The notes: a model not told the origin generated them from the sequence alone. A stretch of DNA of 53,059 bases, filler included, from Cladosporium halotolerans (GCF_011745625.1; 2 parts of 2 records of this genome joined end to end with filler, not necessarily neighbours in it), one strand, 5' to 3'. Numbered from the whole stretch's first letter, positions 34,401-45,964 are shown. A program made the numbers and translations.

Positions 34401-36394
34401 GTAGAGTTGGGATTTGATCTATCCGGAGTTCGGTGTTTTCATAGGTCAGTACCTCTTCGTGCTCATCCTAGGACGCTTCATGAGTTCCGACGCTTGCACC
34501 CGACACTTTGAACAACAACAGACGCCATCTAAGGATTTCTCCCATCGGCGTCTCGACGGTCTGCTGGAGATACTGGTCGCAGTAGGCTTTCACCAGCTTG
34601 AGCGTCTTCCCTGAACCCTGCTGTTCTTTCAGAGCGCTGTCGTAAAACACTAGAAGTTGTACAATCCAAATGATAGCCGAAAGATTGCTGTTGAAGTTCC
34701 CGGGCTCCATCCAACTTTTTGTGGACGGCTTTATGCTCAGCATGGCGCAGAAACTCAGCAGCGGCGATTCGTAGCGGCGAGCACCGGTCGCGTGGCAGAT
34801 GATAAGCATCCATAACTGTAGAAGGCGGTTTTTTAAATCGCTATTGTAGCCTTCTTCATCGTCATCGTCGGTGCCTGTTTGCTCATTCATACGCATTTGC
34901 TTTGCCATCTCGTGTATGTCTTGCCATACCACAAGCTGCTCTTCTGTCGCCTGGATGATATCCTCCGGTCTCATCGTCTTGCCATCGTTATCCGCTGCCG
35001 GGCTGAAGTGATACTCGTCGGGCGCGACGACCCTGCTAAAGTACGAGACGAATCGAAGCGCCATTCCGAAATACGTTACAAGACTTTTCGGCCCTTTGTA
35101 CGGATCGAACGGTCGGGTCTTTCCTGTCAGGTCGACTTGCGAAGGCTGGAAGCGGCTGAGAACGACTCGGCATTGATAAGTCAGCATGCAGTCGGGCCCG
35201 TCGAAGCACAGCCTATGGGCATCTCGTAGGAGTGACTCCATCGCCTCGGTTATTACGCGGAGATCACTCTCATCCCCTAGCCGGGGAACCGCCATCGCTG
35301 TTCGGATTTCGTCTTTTTTGAGATCGTTGATATGATCCGCAATGCCCGTTTCTCTGAGCCAAGGGACTACGGCAGAGACATGGCCACCGAAGCCGTGGAC
35401 TCGATTGGCATCTTCGGTAGCGTCATACTTTGCTTGTCGGACATCGTTTTCCTGAGCGCGGAAGAAGTCGTGTTTTGCTTCTGTTCGACTCTGATTGCAA
35501 CCGCCAACGTTTTGACAGGCGACTTCGAAGTATCTCTGCCAAGTGGAAGCTTTGAAGAGCCGTTGGCATGCATGGTGTTCGGTCCAAATCTTATTTTGCG
35601 CATGTCTTTGTTTCGCTCGGGAATCACCTCCGCGTTTTTGCCCGTTCACCCATTGATGGTTCCGCTTACAGTGCTCTTGCATTCTGTACAGAGTACGACT
35701 TATGTATTGGCATCTGTCGCCTTGTAAGTCGACGCCGTCGCATCTCAGGCCATCGAAATACACTGGGATGCTAGGAATCGGAGGCTCAGTTGGCAATGGA
35801 TAAACAACATCAGCATGTATCTTGGCGAGCTCTGCGCATCCTTCGACTCTCGAGACAAAATCGTTTCGCTGTTCAATACTGAGGCGCTTGTGGTGGGTCT
35901 GGAGATGCGTCTTGGTATGTGAAGGTATAACAGCGTATTGACAAGGTAGGCAGATCAAAATGCGGTGCCGAGAGTCAATTTCAAAGATACGTCGAAAATC
36001 GTCCATCACTCCTCTGACTATGAGATATGCATTTTTCCAATATGGCACAGAGTCTGCTCTTGTTATAATCGGTATCGGCGCTTCCCAATGCAGCTATGTG
36101 CAGTATTGTCTCGCGTCTGTCATTAAAGTGGCGTGGAAGGAGTCGGCTGTAAGTGCCTAGGGCGCTGTGTTGTGGGGAAAAATCCCTACCTGAACCCCAA
36201 ACTCGTCTATCTGCAGTCGATGGCAGCACACCATTGCCGCACCATCGTTCCGAATATTCGGCTGCGATCGAGCGTGCGGTGAGCTGGTTCTTATCGCTAC
36301 GCCCAGCTGCAAATTTAGGCATTTGAGTATCGTGAAAGCGAAAAACACGTCTCAGGTAAAGCAAAGAACTCAACTCTCTACTTCCAACCCTAAG
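31488..36394 (-). mobile_element. Putative tyrosine-recombinase/RecQ-helicase element (telomere-linked helicase family), RIP-inactivated
   Basis: Bounded by GGTTAGGG (31488) and AACCCTAAG (36386). Flanked by an AT-rich relic and a beheaded Trk gene. Carries a single large RIP-damaged gene. Confidence 0.6.
31540..36048 (-). pseudogene. Zinc-finger (DUF3505-like) + tyrosine-recombinase-like + RecQ helicase fusion, ~1500 codons, 11 in-frame TAG stops
   Basis: ORFs 34468-36048 and 31540-33237 are in the same frame and the gap reads through with TAG stops only. Motifs: ICLPCQYAV...HLQTHH, CQY...EHCKRNH, PWLRETG, HISGGQPVRESE, QYYKG, AN*RQISVAI, *RNHKTRTVNRAY, LPTGARKS (Walker A), VVDECH, LTATLPP, QESGRAGRDG, and RQC-type Cys cluster. 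Confidence 0.9.
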
Positions 36395-36917
36395 GGTTCA
36401 TTTACGTGAGAATTCAAACAACTCGACTCGAGTTTGTCGTCCTCTATTGTTAGATCGACAGGAGACACAAAAGCCGGGAGAGAACACGACCGTCTTCTAC
36501 CACATCAAACAGCAACTCGCTTATGATCTGTGGTGGATCGCCTTATCATGGTTGCTCATCTGTATCGTGGAGGAGCCGCAGCTGAACGAAGGCGCAGCCG
36601 GCTTTGACATCCTTACGATTCTTTTCGAGGTCGTATCTGCTTACGGAAATTGCGGTCTCACCTTGGGGGTACCGGATGACTCTTACGCTCTCTCCGGTCG
36701 ATTCCACGTTTTGAGCAAATTAGTCATGATCGGCGTGATGCTACGTGGTCGACATAGAATTCTGCCAATGGCAACTGATCGCAGCGTTTTATTACCAGGT
36801 CAAGGTCTTATGGAGCAATCTGATCGCGATTGCAACACCGGATTGATGGAGAACAGGAATGCAATAATATCTCAAATACGAGAGGAAGAGCGAGGATCTC
36901 AAGCTGAACATGTATGA
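36393..36917 (+). pseudogene. C-terminal fragment of a Trk/TrkH potassium (cation) transporter
   Basis: HIKQQLAYDLWW, LFEVVSAYGNCGLTLG and SKLVMIGVMLRGRHRILP. No upstream exons; the frame begins at the AACCCTAAG junction. Confidence 0.85.
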
Positions 36918-37437
36918 CTCACGCCAGACAGACCAAAACACAAGCATGTAGGCGTCCATGATTCGATCCGCATGAAAACAAATCAAGCCATATAGCTTTT
37001 CCTATAATTGGATACTCTCTTGGTTTATGATCGACCGAATTTTCGTGCTCTGCCAGCTGCTTGTCAGGTCATACTTGGAATATTGATCCGTTCGAGATTC
37101 GAGAGCATTGCCAGGTCTGCAGCTTGGCCTCGCAAGGGAATCTTGAGTAGTGCTCACCTGTTCAAACGCGGAGCATACGCGTTGCTTGTGCCGCACATAG
37201 GTCACTGTTTCATGTCACGACTGTCCCTAGTTGCACAGCAGGTCATCTTTTCCTGCGCGAATCCATATCCGATGTGATTTCATGACATAGAGCAATAACC
37301 CAGGATTGCACCACTTCACTAGTCTGGATTTCTTTCTCCTTTGTTGTTTACGAGAAAGTCATGTTTTGTGAGAAATTGGCTGACAATATGTAACATTCCT
37401 TATGCTTGATACGACGTTGCAAGTTGTAAGTATTCAC

Positions 37438-38840
37438 CTAGCGACTATACACCGGGCATTGCGACGATACGTTAATGGCATCTCTGCTCTCGTCGTGGGC
37501 GATTTCGTTTCGCCGTTGTTCTGGGAACCCGCCATGCTGACCATCGACGGAACCTTGTCTAGCGAGCGCAATTTGTATCGGGATTCGAAACGAAAAGGTT
37601 GACGTGGTCGATTCGCTACTGCGGCACTTCATTTCCAGCCTGAGATTATGTCTTTGCGCAAGGAAAGGCGTGTAAAATGTCGTCGAAAATGCGGAAATTT
37701 GACCGAGCGTGAGCCTTAGATGCTCGCTTGTGTGCCAGTGACTTTCGAGATCTCTATTGGCGAGATCATCGTCCTGCGCGCGAGTCCAGCTGCATGCCTG
37801 GTCAACGGGGATTGCACCGTTGTGCATTTGATTTGTGGACACCCAGTCACGTAATACTAGTTTCGCGGTTCGCGGCGGAGTATTCGTTGAGCGTCGGCCC
37901 AAAAATGGATCCTCGGAGACCTCTGCAAGGGACGGTATGTGTTCCATTCGAGCGACAGCAATGAACGTATGTGTCTCGAGTGTCCATGTCATTGTGATCT
38001 CTAGATCCCCTGGTGTTTCGATCTTCCCCGGCATGACATTGAGTAGGGTGATTAGGTCGACGGTGACGGTGACGTCCGCTCCTTTCGAGTCACCATGATG
38101 AGTCTCAGGTCTCAATTGCAAGACTTTCGGCTCCAGCATGGTGATGGTGAGTTTCTTGTCGAAATGATCATGGTGGGTTCTGCCGGACCACCAATTCTTG
38201 ACCTTACCATTCCTCAGGACTCCGCTGACCGTACAGATGTAGTCGCCAGCAAAGTCGTCTAATGCTATGGGGGGAGGCATGGCGGACACCGCGTTGATAG
38301 CGCGGAATTGCGCAACACGGAGAGACACCACGCGCTGAGCGTCGAAGATGCATGCTGCGACTTCGTACGCTACACATGCAGATGTTCTTGCACTACTGCT
38401 GTTTGCTCTGGATATAGGGTGCCAATCCCGAGGGAGGGTGGGTAGCATTCTCCATGACCTGGTTGTGGAACCTGGAACGAGAATGGAACATGAAGACAAT
38501 CTGTGTCTTCTGCATTTGGCGATTGTAGATTGGCTCGAGTTTCAACAAGTTCCAGAAACTGGGGATGTCAGCAGGGACCGATCAGGGAGTTCCATTTGAG
38601 CGCACCGGCTGCTCCATGTTGCGCATCTCCACCAGACCAGTCGTCGAAACACCAAGAGTGATACTCGTTCTCATTACTCCTTTGCCACTGTCAGAATCAA
38701 TGCTTGTCAGCGACTGGGAGGGTCTAACCTTTCAGCGTAATCTTCAGAATACTTGTGTCGCGTGCAAGATCCTTCGGGACTCGGACAGAGCCGCGCACTT
38801 CGCCCGGCAGGACGAAGATTGGCGACAATTCATGTTCATC
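37438..38840 (-). pseudogene. Degenerate arrestin-like hypothetical gene
   Basis: VPFSFQVP...PPSL and CVAYEVAA...PPPIALDDF...TTFYTPFLAQRHNLRLEM...FRIPIQI lie in different frames. The 5' structure is uncertain. Confidence 0.35.
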
Positions 38841-39516
38841 ACTATGATATCCATAGAAGACGAAAGATAATGATGTAGACATGAGTTTGTAGACGCAAAT
38901 GCGATGTTTTGGGGGCGCGCGCATGCATTCGAGTAGGCCGGTCAACGCTCTATTTAACCTCCCAAAGCTCATGCTTGCAAGGCGTCAGCTGGGTCATCTG
39001 GGTCCATCGGTGTTTCTTGCGAGACGCAGCACGCACCGGATCACATCACCAGCCCTATACAAGTCGAATGCTGGGGCCCTGGCTTCGATCGGGAGTTCCG
39101 CAACAGGATTATTCCATACTCGTGCATTCGTGGAAATTTTGCAATTCAGTGATTCTGGAACATTGATAATTTGTGGAGCTTACATTTATTGCTCAATAAG
39201 TTTTGTTTGCCATGAATTGCGTGGCCGAACTCATTTTCCTTACATTCACCATGTTGCTACGATGATCGAGCCGAGTCCTATTTTTTAACGACGAACGACT
39301 ACTCTGTACTCTGGAGAAGGGAAAAAAAAGAAAAACCTTCTATGCATTCCAACAATCCAATGGCTTCACCACTGAACTCTCCATTGAATTACGAGATTTC
39401 CACGTAACAGCCTTCCCACCGGTTTTAACAGGATTCTCACACATCTTGCCTTGGAGCTGCAGATCAGCGACACTTGCACGGCGCCGCAAAGGAAACCGTG
39501 CACTCATACGGGCAAA

Positions 39517-41433
39517 CTAGTCATGTCCAGTCCACCTTGTGGATTGTATACCGCCCTCTTCCGCGTTCGAGATTCCCTCGGCCATGACTTGTCGATAGGT
39601 GGGTTCCTGAACGCCCTCAGTCGAGACCTCCGTGTCAGGAGCATCGCGTTCCGTGGATTCGTCGGAAGCCACCTTCGAGACTTCTGTCCCGTCGTTGTTG
39701 TTGACCCGTCGTTTCTCTGCCAGAACAATTTCCGGTCTCTCCGGCTGCCCTCCGAAACTCGCCAGAATAACATCAGCGTTCGCGGTGGGTGCGTCTAAGA
39801 CGTCTAGTTCTTCAACAGAGAACATTCGAATCAGTATAATCCAGCGAAGTGGAATGAGCGCAATGATGATGACTGGGAAACCGATGGCGCCAATGGTCTG
39901 AGAGATAGCAATACTAGCCGCAACCCCAAACCAACGAGTCAAATCGTGCCAAAGAATACGTTTCTTGGACAAGCGCTTGCGGGGATCCGAAGGACTGTTG
40001 AAGCTGGTTTCGCGGAACAGATACACGAGATTGGACGTCATCTCATTCCCCTCGATGGACCCCCAGCCCACCGTGAAAAAGACGCCGGCGAACAAAGCTC
40101 GCGGCATGGTGTGTAAGACATCCAGCAATGGGCCGGTCATCAGGCCACAGAAAGCAAGCGCCATAAGAAAGTGCGAAACGCGTTGTTCTTTGACTTCAAC
40201 GGCACGGACAATCTTAGTGGGGACGAAGTGCTCCTCAGAGTCGTTGTCTTTCTCCTTGCGCTCAATGACTTCTTCCTTGTATACTGTGCATGAATCGGTA
40301 TGGACGGGTGCCTGAGGAACGAGACCATTGGGTAAGGGAATACCGATGATACCGGCTGCGAAGCACGTGCAGCCCAGGAGGAAAAAGTCCCAATGGAAAC
40401 CAGCAGGCTTAGTGAGCGGAAAGTGCTTGGCCTGGGCGGTGATGGACGAGACGTTATGATCGTAGTAGAACAGAAGTGTCAGCAAGATGCCCATCGGGAG
40501 CGAGATGAAGACCCAAGCAGCGTCGAGGTTCCAAAAGTCGATGAGCCAAGGGCCAGGTCCGGGACGGTCGACAGTGGGGTAGAATGCCCGAGTTCTCGGG
40601 ATGCGCATGAGATTCGCTTCGGCGATGCGACCCGGGATGTGTGAGAAGCCGGTCCACCAAAGGGTGGCGATGGGGTAGGCGAAATCGGCCAGCAATTTCC
40701 GAATCCACGGCTTGAATATGGTGGTTCTGCCCATGTTCTCGAGCACGTACACGCTTGCCCAGTAGCACAGTGCGATGACGATGCTAAGGTAGCCACCAAT
40801 GATCTGTCCGGCATCTTCGTAGAATTGTGCGACAAGCTCTTCGACGCCCTTGATCATGTAGATGATGCCGACGTACATGCCGAAAGCTTCGCTCGAGTAG
40901 TCGGTGATGTAGCGCATGTAGTCGCAGAGATTGAAGATTGCCGTGATCCAGTGCGTGATGGCAGCCCAGATGGCGACCCAGGCAATGATCTGGGGATACT
41001 GATCAACCATACCCTGCGCTTTGGTGATATCATACACGGTGTAATTGAAGAGGGAGATCAGTCCGGTGATGCCGACCACAGTCAAGGGCTGGGCAGACAA
41101 CAAGCTGAAGACGACCGCCGCCAAGGCAGAGGAGAAGAGAGCCTCGTTAATGCCATAGAATCCATCGGTGTTTCTGCGCATGTCCAGCTGGAATGCAAGT
41201 GCCGGCAGGAGATTGACGAAGGTGATTCGCACCGTGGCAGCGGCAGTGCGGTAGTTGAGACCGTCGATCCAGTCACTCCAGTAATAGGGCGCACGACGTC
41301 TGACGTCCCAGTACATGCCGCGGAAAGGGCGAAGGACGCGATAACTTTTCCAGCCATGGATGTTGTCCCATCGGTAAGGATCCTTCGCAAAGTTGTATGA
41401 CCTCTCGGTCTTGTGGCGCGATAGCTGCACCAT
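39517..41433 (-). CDS. HCO3-/borate transporter (SLC4/BOR1 family), intronless
   Basis: RRAPYYWSDW, AQPLTVVGITG, LLFYYDHNVSS, AGFHWDFFLLG, NGLVPQAPVHT and EQRVSH. Confidence 0.93.
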   Translation of the reverse strand: MVQLSRHKTERSYNFAKDPYRWDNIHGWKSYRVLRPFRGMYWDVRRRAPYYWSDWIDGLNYRTAAATVRITFVNLLPALAFQLDMRRNTDGFYGINEALFSSALAAVVFSLLSAQPLTVVGITGLISLFNYTVYDITKAQGMVDQYPQIIAWVAIWAAITHWITAIFNLCDYMRYITDYSSEAFGMYVGIIYMIKGVEELVAQFYEDAGQIIGGYLSIVIALCYWASVYVLENMGRTTIFKPWIRKLLADFAYPIATLWWTGFSHIPGRIAEANLMRIPRTRAFYPTVDRPGPGPWLIDFWNLDAAWVFISLPMGILLTLLFYYDHNVSSITAQAKHFPLTKPAGFHWDFFLLGCTCFAAGIIGIPLPNGLVPQAPVHTDSCTVYKEEVIERKEKDNDSEEHFVPTKIVRAVEVKEQRVSHFLMALAFCGLMTGPLLDVLHTMPRALFAGVFFTVGWGSIEGNEMTSNLVYLFRETSFNSPSDPRKRLSKKRILWHDLTRWFGVAASIAISQTIGAIGFPVIIIALIPLRWIILIRMFSVEELDVLDAPTANADVILASFGGQPERPEIVLAEKRRVNNNDGTEVSKVASDESTERDAPDTEVSTEGVQEPTYRQVMAEGISNAEEGGIQSTRWTGHD

Positions 41434-41669
41434 GGCTCCGGCGACAGATGTATTGCTATCGAGCACTAGGTGATTGAAGGACGGAGCAAGTCGACGACGA
41501 CAAGGACAACAATGTCAGGGGACGTCAACGGCGCGGTTTAAGTCAAGCAAGTAGAACAGACAGGTGGGTGGGTGGCAGAGCATGCTAAGGTATGGCCGTC
41601 ATGCCAAGGCCCTTGATGCGAGAAACATGGGCCAAGCACTAGCCAGGGAACCGTGGCTGATTCGATAAC

Positions 41670-41697
41670 TTGATGATTTGATGATTTGATGATTTGA
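41670..41697. repeat. (TGATGATT)3 short tandem repeat in the BOR1/TF divergent promoter
   Basis: TTGATGATTTGATGATTTGATGATTTGA is seen directly. Confidence 0.8.
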
Positions 41698-42292
41698 CGC
41701 TGAAAAGACCCGTGCGCCTCTGACGGCAAACATGTCGGGCGACACAGCGCTTGCCCCGCCGTAGCCGAGTGAGATGCGCGTGCAATCCGACACAGGCGCA
41801 AACGTGCACCCCAACGCAGACTATTCCACGGTTCCACTGTTTCATTGTTCCATTGTTCTGCGCTACCGAATCCTCTTGGCTGCTGCCCGGGCAGCACGTC
41901 CGTGCGACAAAAAAGACCTGACGTCAAGGTGCGTGGTGGTCCAGGATCACTACCGACAAGCGTCTGCAGACTATTGGCACATCCAAGCCACCGTTGCAAG
42001 CTTCCCATGCCACCCTGGACATTTGCACAAACACGTGGGCGGCAGACCTCAACATCGTCTCCCCGATCGAGTCGCACACTCCTGATCGCGATTTCCTCGC
42101 AACCACGTAGTCGCCTTCGGCCATGCCGAGATTAGGTCCACTTCTCGACGCCGCAGGGATAAGCCACATGTGCGTATTGCTGCCCCAAGATCCGTCCATG
42201 TCCACGCTCCATCCCATGCCATATAGCATGCTCAGCACTCCTTCTTTGAACTCACCATCTCCGCTGAAGATTCGCCAAGTCGCCTGGACACC

Positions 42293-43256
42293 ATGAGTAC
42301 CCCGTCGAACACCGGCAAGCGTGCAGAGCGACATGCTCGACCTACCTCGTCGCCCTCTCCGGAACACGCTCGCCAAGCCCACCAACCACCCTTCAAGAGG
42401 ATCAGTCAAGCTTGTGATAGATGCCGTATTAGGAAGGCAAAATGCGGTGGCGGGAATCCATGTAGCAAGTGCCGTGTGAGCAATTCGCTCTGCGTCTTCG
42501 GGTATGCTCGAGCTCTTCCCCCAAAGGAAACCCGCTTTCGAGCTGACACGTGATCCGATTCACAGGGACAAAATCAGTCCAGGCCGTACCATCTTTCCCA
42601 AAGGCTACGTTGCAATGCTAGAGCGACAACAGAGACAATTGATGGCCGGGATTCAAATTCTCTACCGGAAATACAAGCAAAGCAATCTCTGGGATGGTAT
42701 GGATCTACCCGAGCACGAAAACCAGCCGAGGATACACGATATGTTAGCCCATCTTGGAGTCCTGCAGCAAAACCCGTCAGTTGATTCACAACGAGTGGAG
42801 TTCCAGGAATTTGGTCTGTCCTCGAGTGCTGATAGCTCGAGCGCGGAGAGCCCAGCCGGCAACGCAACATGCGATGTGCACAAAGTCGCTTTGACCCTCC
42901 CAAATACAATGCGAGATTCGGCGTCACCGCCATGCAGCGCCGAGTACTCTCCTTCCGATTCTTGCCCTGTGTCTTTCGACGACGAGCTCGCAGAGCTCCT
43001 AAGCCCTAGCGACGCTCTTTCGCAGGCTCACACGGGTCAATCGTGCGCAACAATGGTTGCCCAGCTCAATCCGCATCACGTTCCAATTGACTATCTTGCT
43101 TCTTCCTCACTGGATCAATTAGTGTGGACGGGAGAGGAGTTTGCAGACTGTCCGACCACATGTCCTGCATCACCAACAGGTCTGCCGACGCATTTTGGAG
43201 CATTCAATACTTGGGTTGACGCCAACCTCTGTTTACCGTTGGCGGCAGCATTATGA
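42293..43256 (+). CDS. Zn(II)2Cys6 transcription factor (Fcr1-like)
   Basis: ACDRCRIRKAKCGGGNPCSKCRVSNSLCVFG, intron 42502-42565, then FPKGYVAMLERQQRQLMAGIQILY. Confidence 0.88.
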
Positions 43257-43284
43257 TCATCAAACACGAATTTTACGTGGGGTG

Positions 43285-43586
43285 TGTTACGATCCTGGGT
43301 TTGGCGTTGCTTATCCCAGAACCTGTGAACGTTTGATTAATTCACAGATGCGAAAGAACAACTGATCAGAGTCACGTGACTGAAGTCACATGACCTGATT
43401 AGCTGATTAGTACGATCAGTGCAACTGAGCAACTGACCAGACTGATCAATCAGACTTGGCAGTCTCGACACAAGGTATATAGCGAACAGTCCTCACCTAG
43501 ATACGTAGGAGCCTCACGCTCAACTCAGTTTGATTCACATATTACATTGTTACTTCCTCATTTACCCTAACCACACCACCTTGACA
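43285..43586. mobile_element. LTR-like segment (TGTTAC...TTGACA)
   Basis: TG...CA ends, an internal GTCACGTGAC palindrome and a TATA-like TATATAG. Preceded by G-rich GTGGGGTG and followed by TTGGCACGGG. No TSD. Confidence 0.45.
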
Positions 43587-44205
43587 TTGGCACGGGACAT
43601 ACGACTATTCCTCACTAGGGTTACCAGTGACGAAACCTAACAGGATATAGCCACTAGGAGTGGGAGTGGTCTGAGATACCAGGTGTGTGATCGGTCGTAG
43701 TTGCGAGCTGATTCTCCTCAACGTTTGGAACTTCACGCAAAGCTCATGGGTCGCCCTGATCAATGACTCCACGTAGCGATCCAGACCAAGTGTATGCCCT
43801 ACCTGGCTCAAGCGGAGCAAATGACGCTTTCTGCAAACAGCCATTCGCAATGTAATCAGCGCAACACTCCGAGACCAGTCAGCGTCGGAACTTCCTCACT
43901 CGTTAGCTCCAAAAAGTCGAGCTAACCATGCTTCATTTTAGCGATGCCGACGTGTGGCGCCGCCTCGTCGCGTTTTCGACCCATGCAACCCATGCAAGCT
44001 CATACGAACCAGGACACTGCGTCGGGGGCAATCGCGAGAAACTTTACGATAATTAGCCGATCGACCTCGCATGACGCAAGTAGACCAAGTCCGGAGTCAT
44101 GCGGAGCATTGTACGTCACTCTGTCAAGTCACATATATGCTACAGCTGAATTGTCGCGACAAAATCCCCAAACAGTAATTACTTCAACCAGAAAGACGGA
44201 TCACG

Positions 44206-45616
44206 ATGGCGACTCACGGTGTCTCGCACAAGGACCATGTGCACAGGTTCGCAGCCAACATCGGACGGCTGTTTTCACAGCACTGACAGTGTTTCCAGGG
44301 CGCATGATTGGATGCCCGCCGATCATCGATTCCAGCGGGATTGGCTCAGCAGCGTGATCACTCACGTAGACAGGAACCCCAGAGAACTTCATCCGGTCCT
44401 GGAAGAACTGAAAGACTTGATTGAGAGAGATACCAGGATCTTCCTGCTTGTGCAATCCATGTTCGAGCAGGTGCCCGGCAAGAAGCCTTACCTTGCAGAC
44501 GCTTCCACCGAGCACAGGCAAGTTCGCGACTACCAACACATGCTTGAACTGCTCAACCATTCCATCACAAGCGCGCCTCGCTGGAGTGACACTAGCAGGA
44601 AAGCCGGCATGGTAGGACTGCCGATCAATGCTGCCCTGGACTGGCCGATGGGCACTCCGAGCGGCTTCGCGTTCTTCCTGGATCCCGTGGTCAACGCCAT
44701 CTTCAAGAGATTATTGAACGTCTGGGGACAATTCTTTCAATCTGACGAGTCGGCGCAGCAAGTCCTGGGAGAAGATCCGGACGGCTGGCTGGGCGTTTCC
44801 GCCAAGCATCAACTCACTTCGACCGCAAATGATGCGTCATTCAGCACCAAGCAAATTCCTTTCGAGTCCTTGTTTGCATGCGATCCTACTAAGCCATACC
44901 ATGGCTTCACTTCCTGGGACGACTTCTTCACACGGAGGTTCCGGTTTGAGGATGGCGTGCGTCCGATCGCGAGTCCTGAGGATGACAGCGTTGTCGTGAA
45001 TGCTTGGGAAAGCAGGCCCTACAACCTGGCACACAAAGCGCGATTGCGCGACCGCTTCTGGATCAAGGGTCAGCCTTACTCCGTCGCGGACATGCTTGCG
45101 CATGATAAGCTCGCCAGGCTCTTTGACGGGGCGACAGTCTACCAAGCTTTCCTGTCCGCCCTGAGTTACCACCGTTGGCATGCGCCCGTCAGTGGCACCG
45201 TGGTGAAAGCGTTTGTGGAGGAAGGATCTTACTCCTCGGAGCCTTTGTTCGAGGGCGTCGGAGACCCGGCGCACGCGGTTGACGGAACCATCGACGAGTC
45301 TGGCGAGACGACGTCTCAGGGATATCTCACGGCCGTGGCAACTCGCGCCATCATCTTCATCAATGCCGACAATCCGTCCATGGGGCTCATGGCGTTTATT
45401 GCGGTGGGCATGGCAGAGGATAGCACGTGTGAGATCACTGTTGGACAGGGACAGAGGATTGGAAAGGGCCAGGAGATGGGCATGTTCCACTTCGGAGGGA
45501 GCACGCACTGTTTGTTGTTCCGCGACGGTGTTGACGTGCGGGGTTTCCCCCCGTGTGGACCCGAACACAACGTGCCCGTGAAAGCGCAGCTGGCTACGGT
45601 TGCGAAGAGGGCGTAG
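44206..45616 (+). CDS. Phosphatidylserine-decarboxylase-family, PsiD-like pyruvoyl decarboxylase
   Basis: Intron 44247-44298. Motifs GLPINAALDWPMGTPSG, GFTSWDDFFTRRFR, YQAFLSALSYHRWHAPVSG and the autocleavage site FHFGGSTHC. Confidence 0.9.
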
Positions 45617-45964
45617 TTCGAATAGACAGATGGCAATGCACGACGACAGTCGATCGAAGTCTATGGTTCAACTCGTGGTCAATAATGGCAGGTAGACGCG
45701 GAGCGTATCTAGATATATGCAGCTTACCCGTTCAGTCGCGCAGGATTCGGAGAAGGAAGCGCATCCAATCCGCAGCACCCAATCTGGGGAGATGGGTGCA
45801 GACGCCGTGACGCCACGCCTAGATCGGCTTGGCGAAAACTCTTGTCCTTGTGTCTGCTGCTGCCCGGGCAGAGCATAGGCGTGGGTCGCCACAGCTCTTG
45901 CGGAGGAGGTGGAGACCCTAGTGTGGTGTGGCGTCGCGCCGATTGTCATGCAGCGCCACCACAT

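Noticed and set aside
31488..36394. Starship captain or AcademH assignment
   Set aside because: There is no DUF3435-type standalone recombinase and no DDE transposase or long TIRs; the architecture is a zinc finger-YR-RecQ fusion.
26592..36395. A single ~9.8-kb insertion bounded by AACCCTAAGG direct repeats
   Set aside because: It spans an unsized gap, and the outer flanks (MFS fragment, Trk fragment) are not halves of one gene. It is not supportable as a clean insertion.
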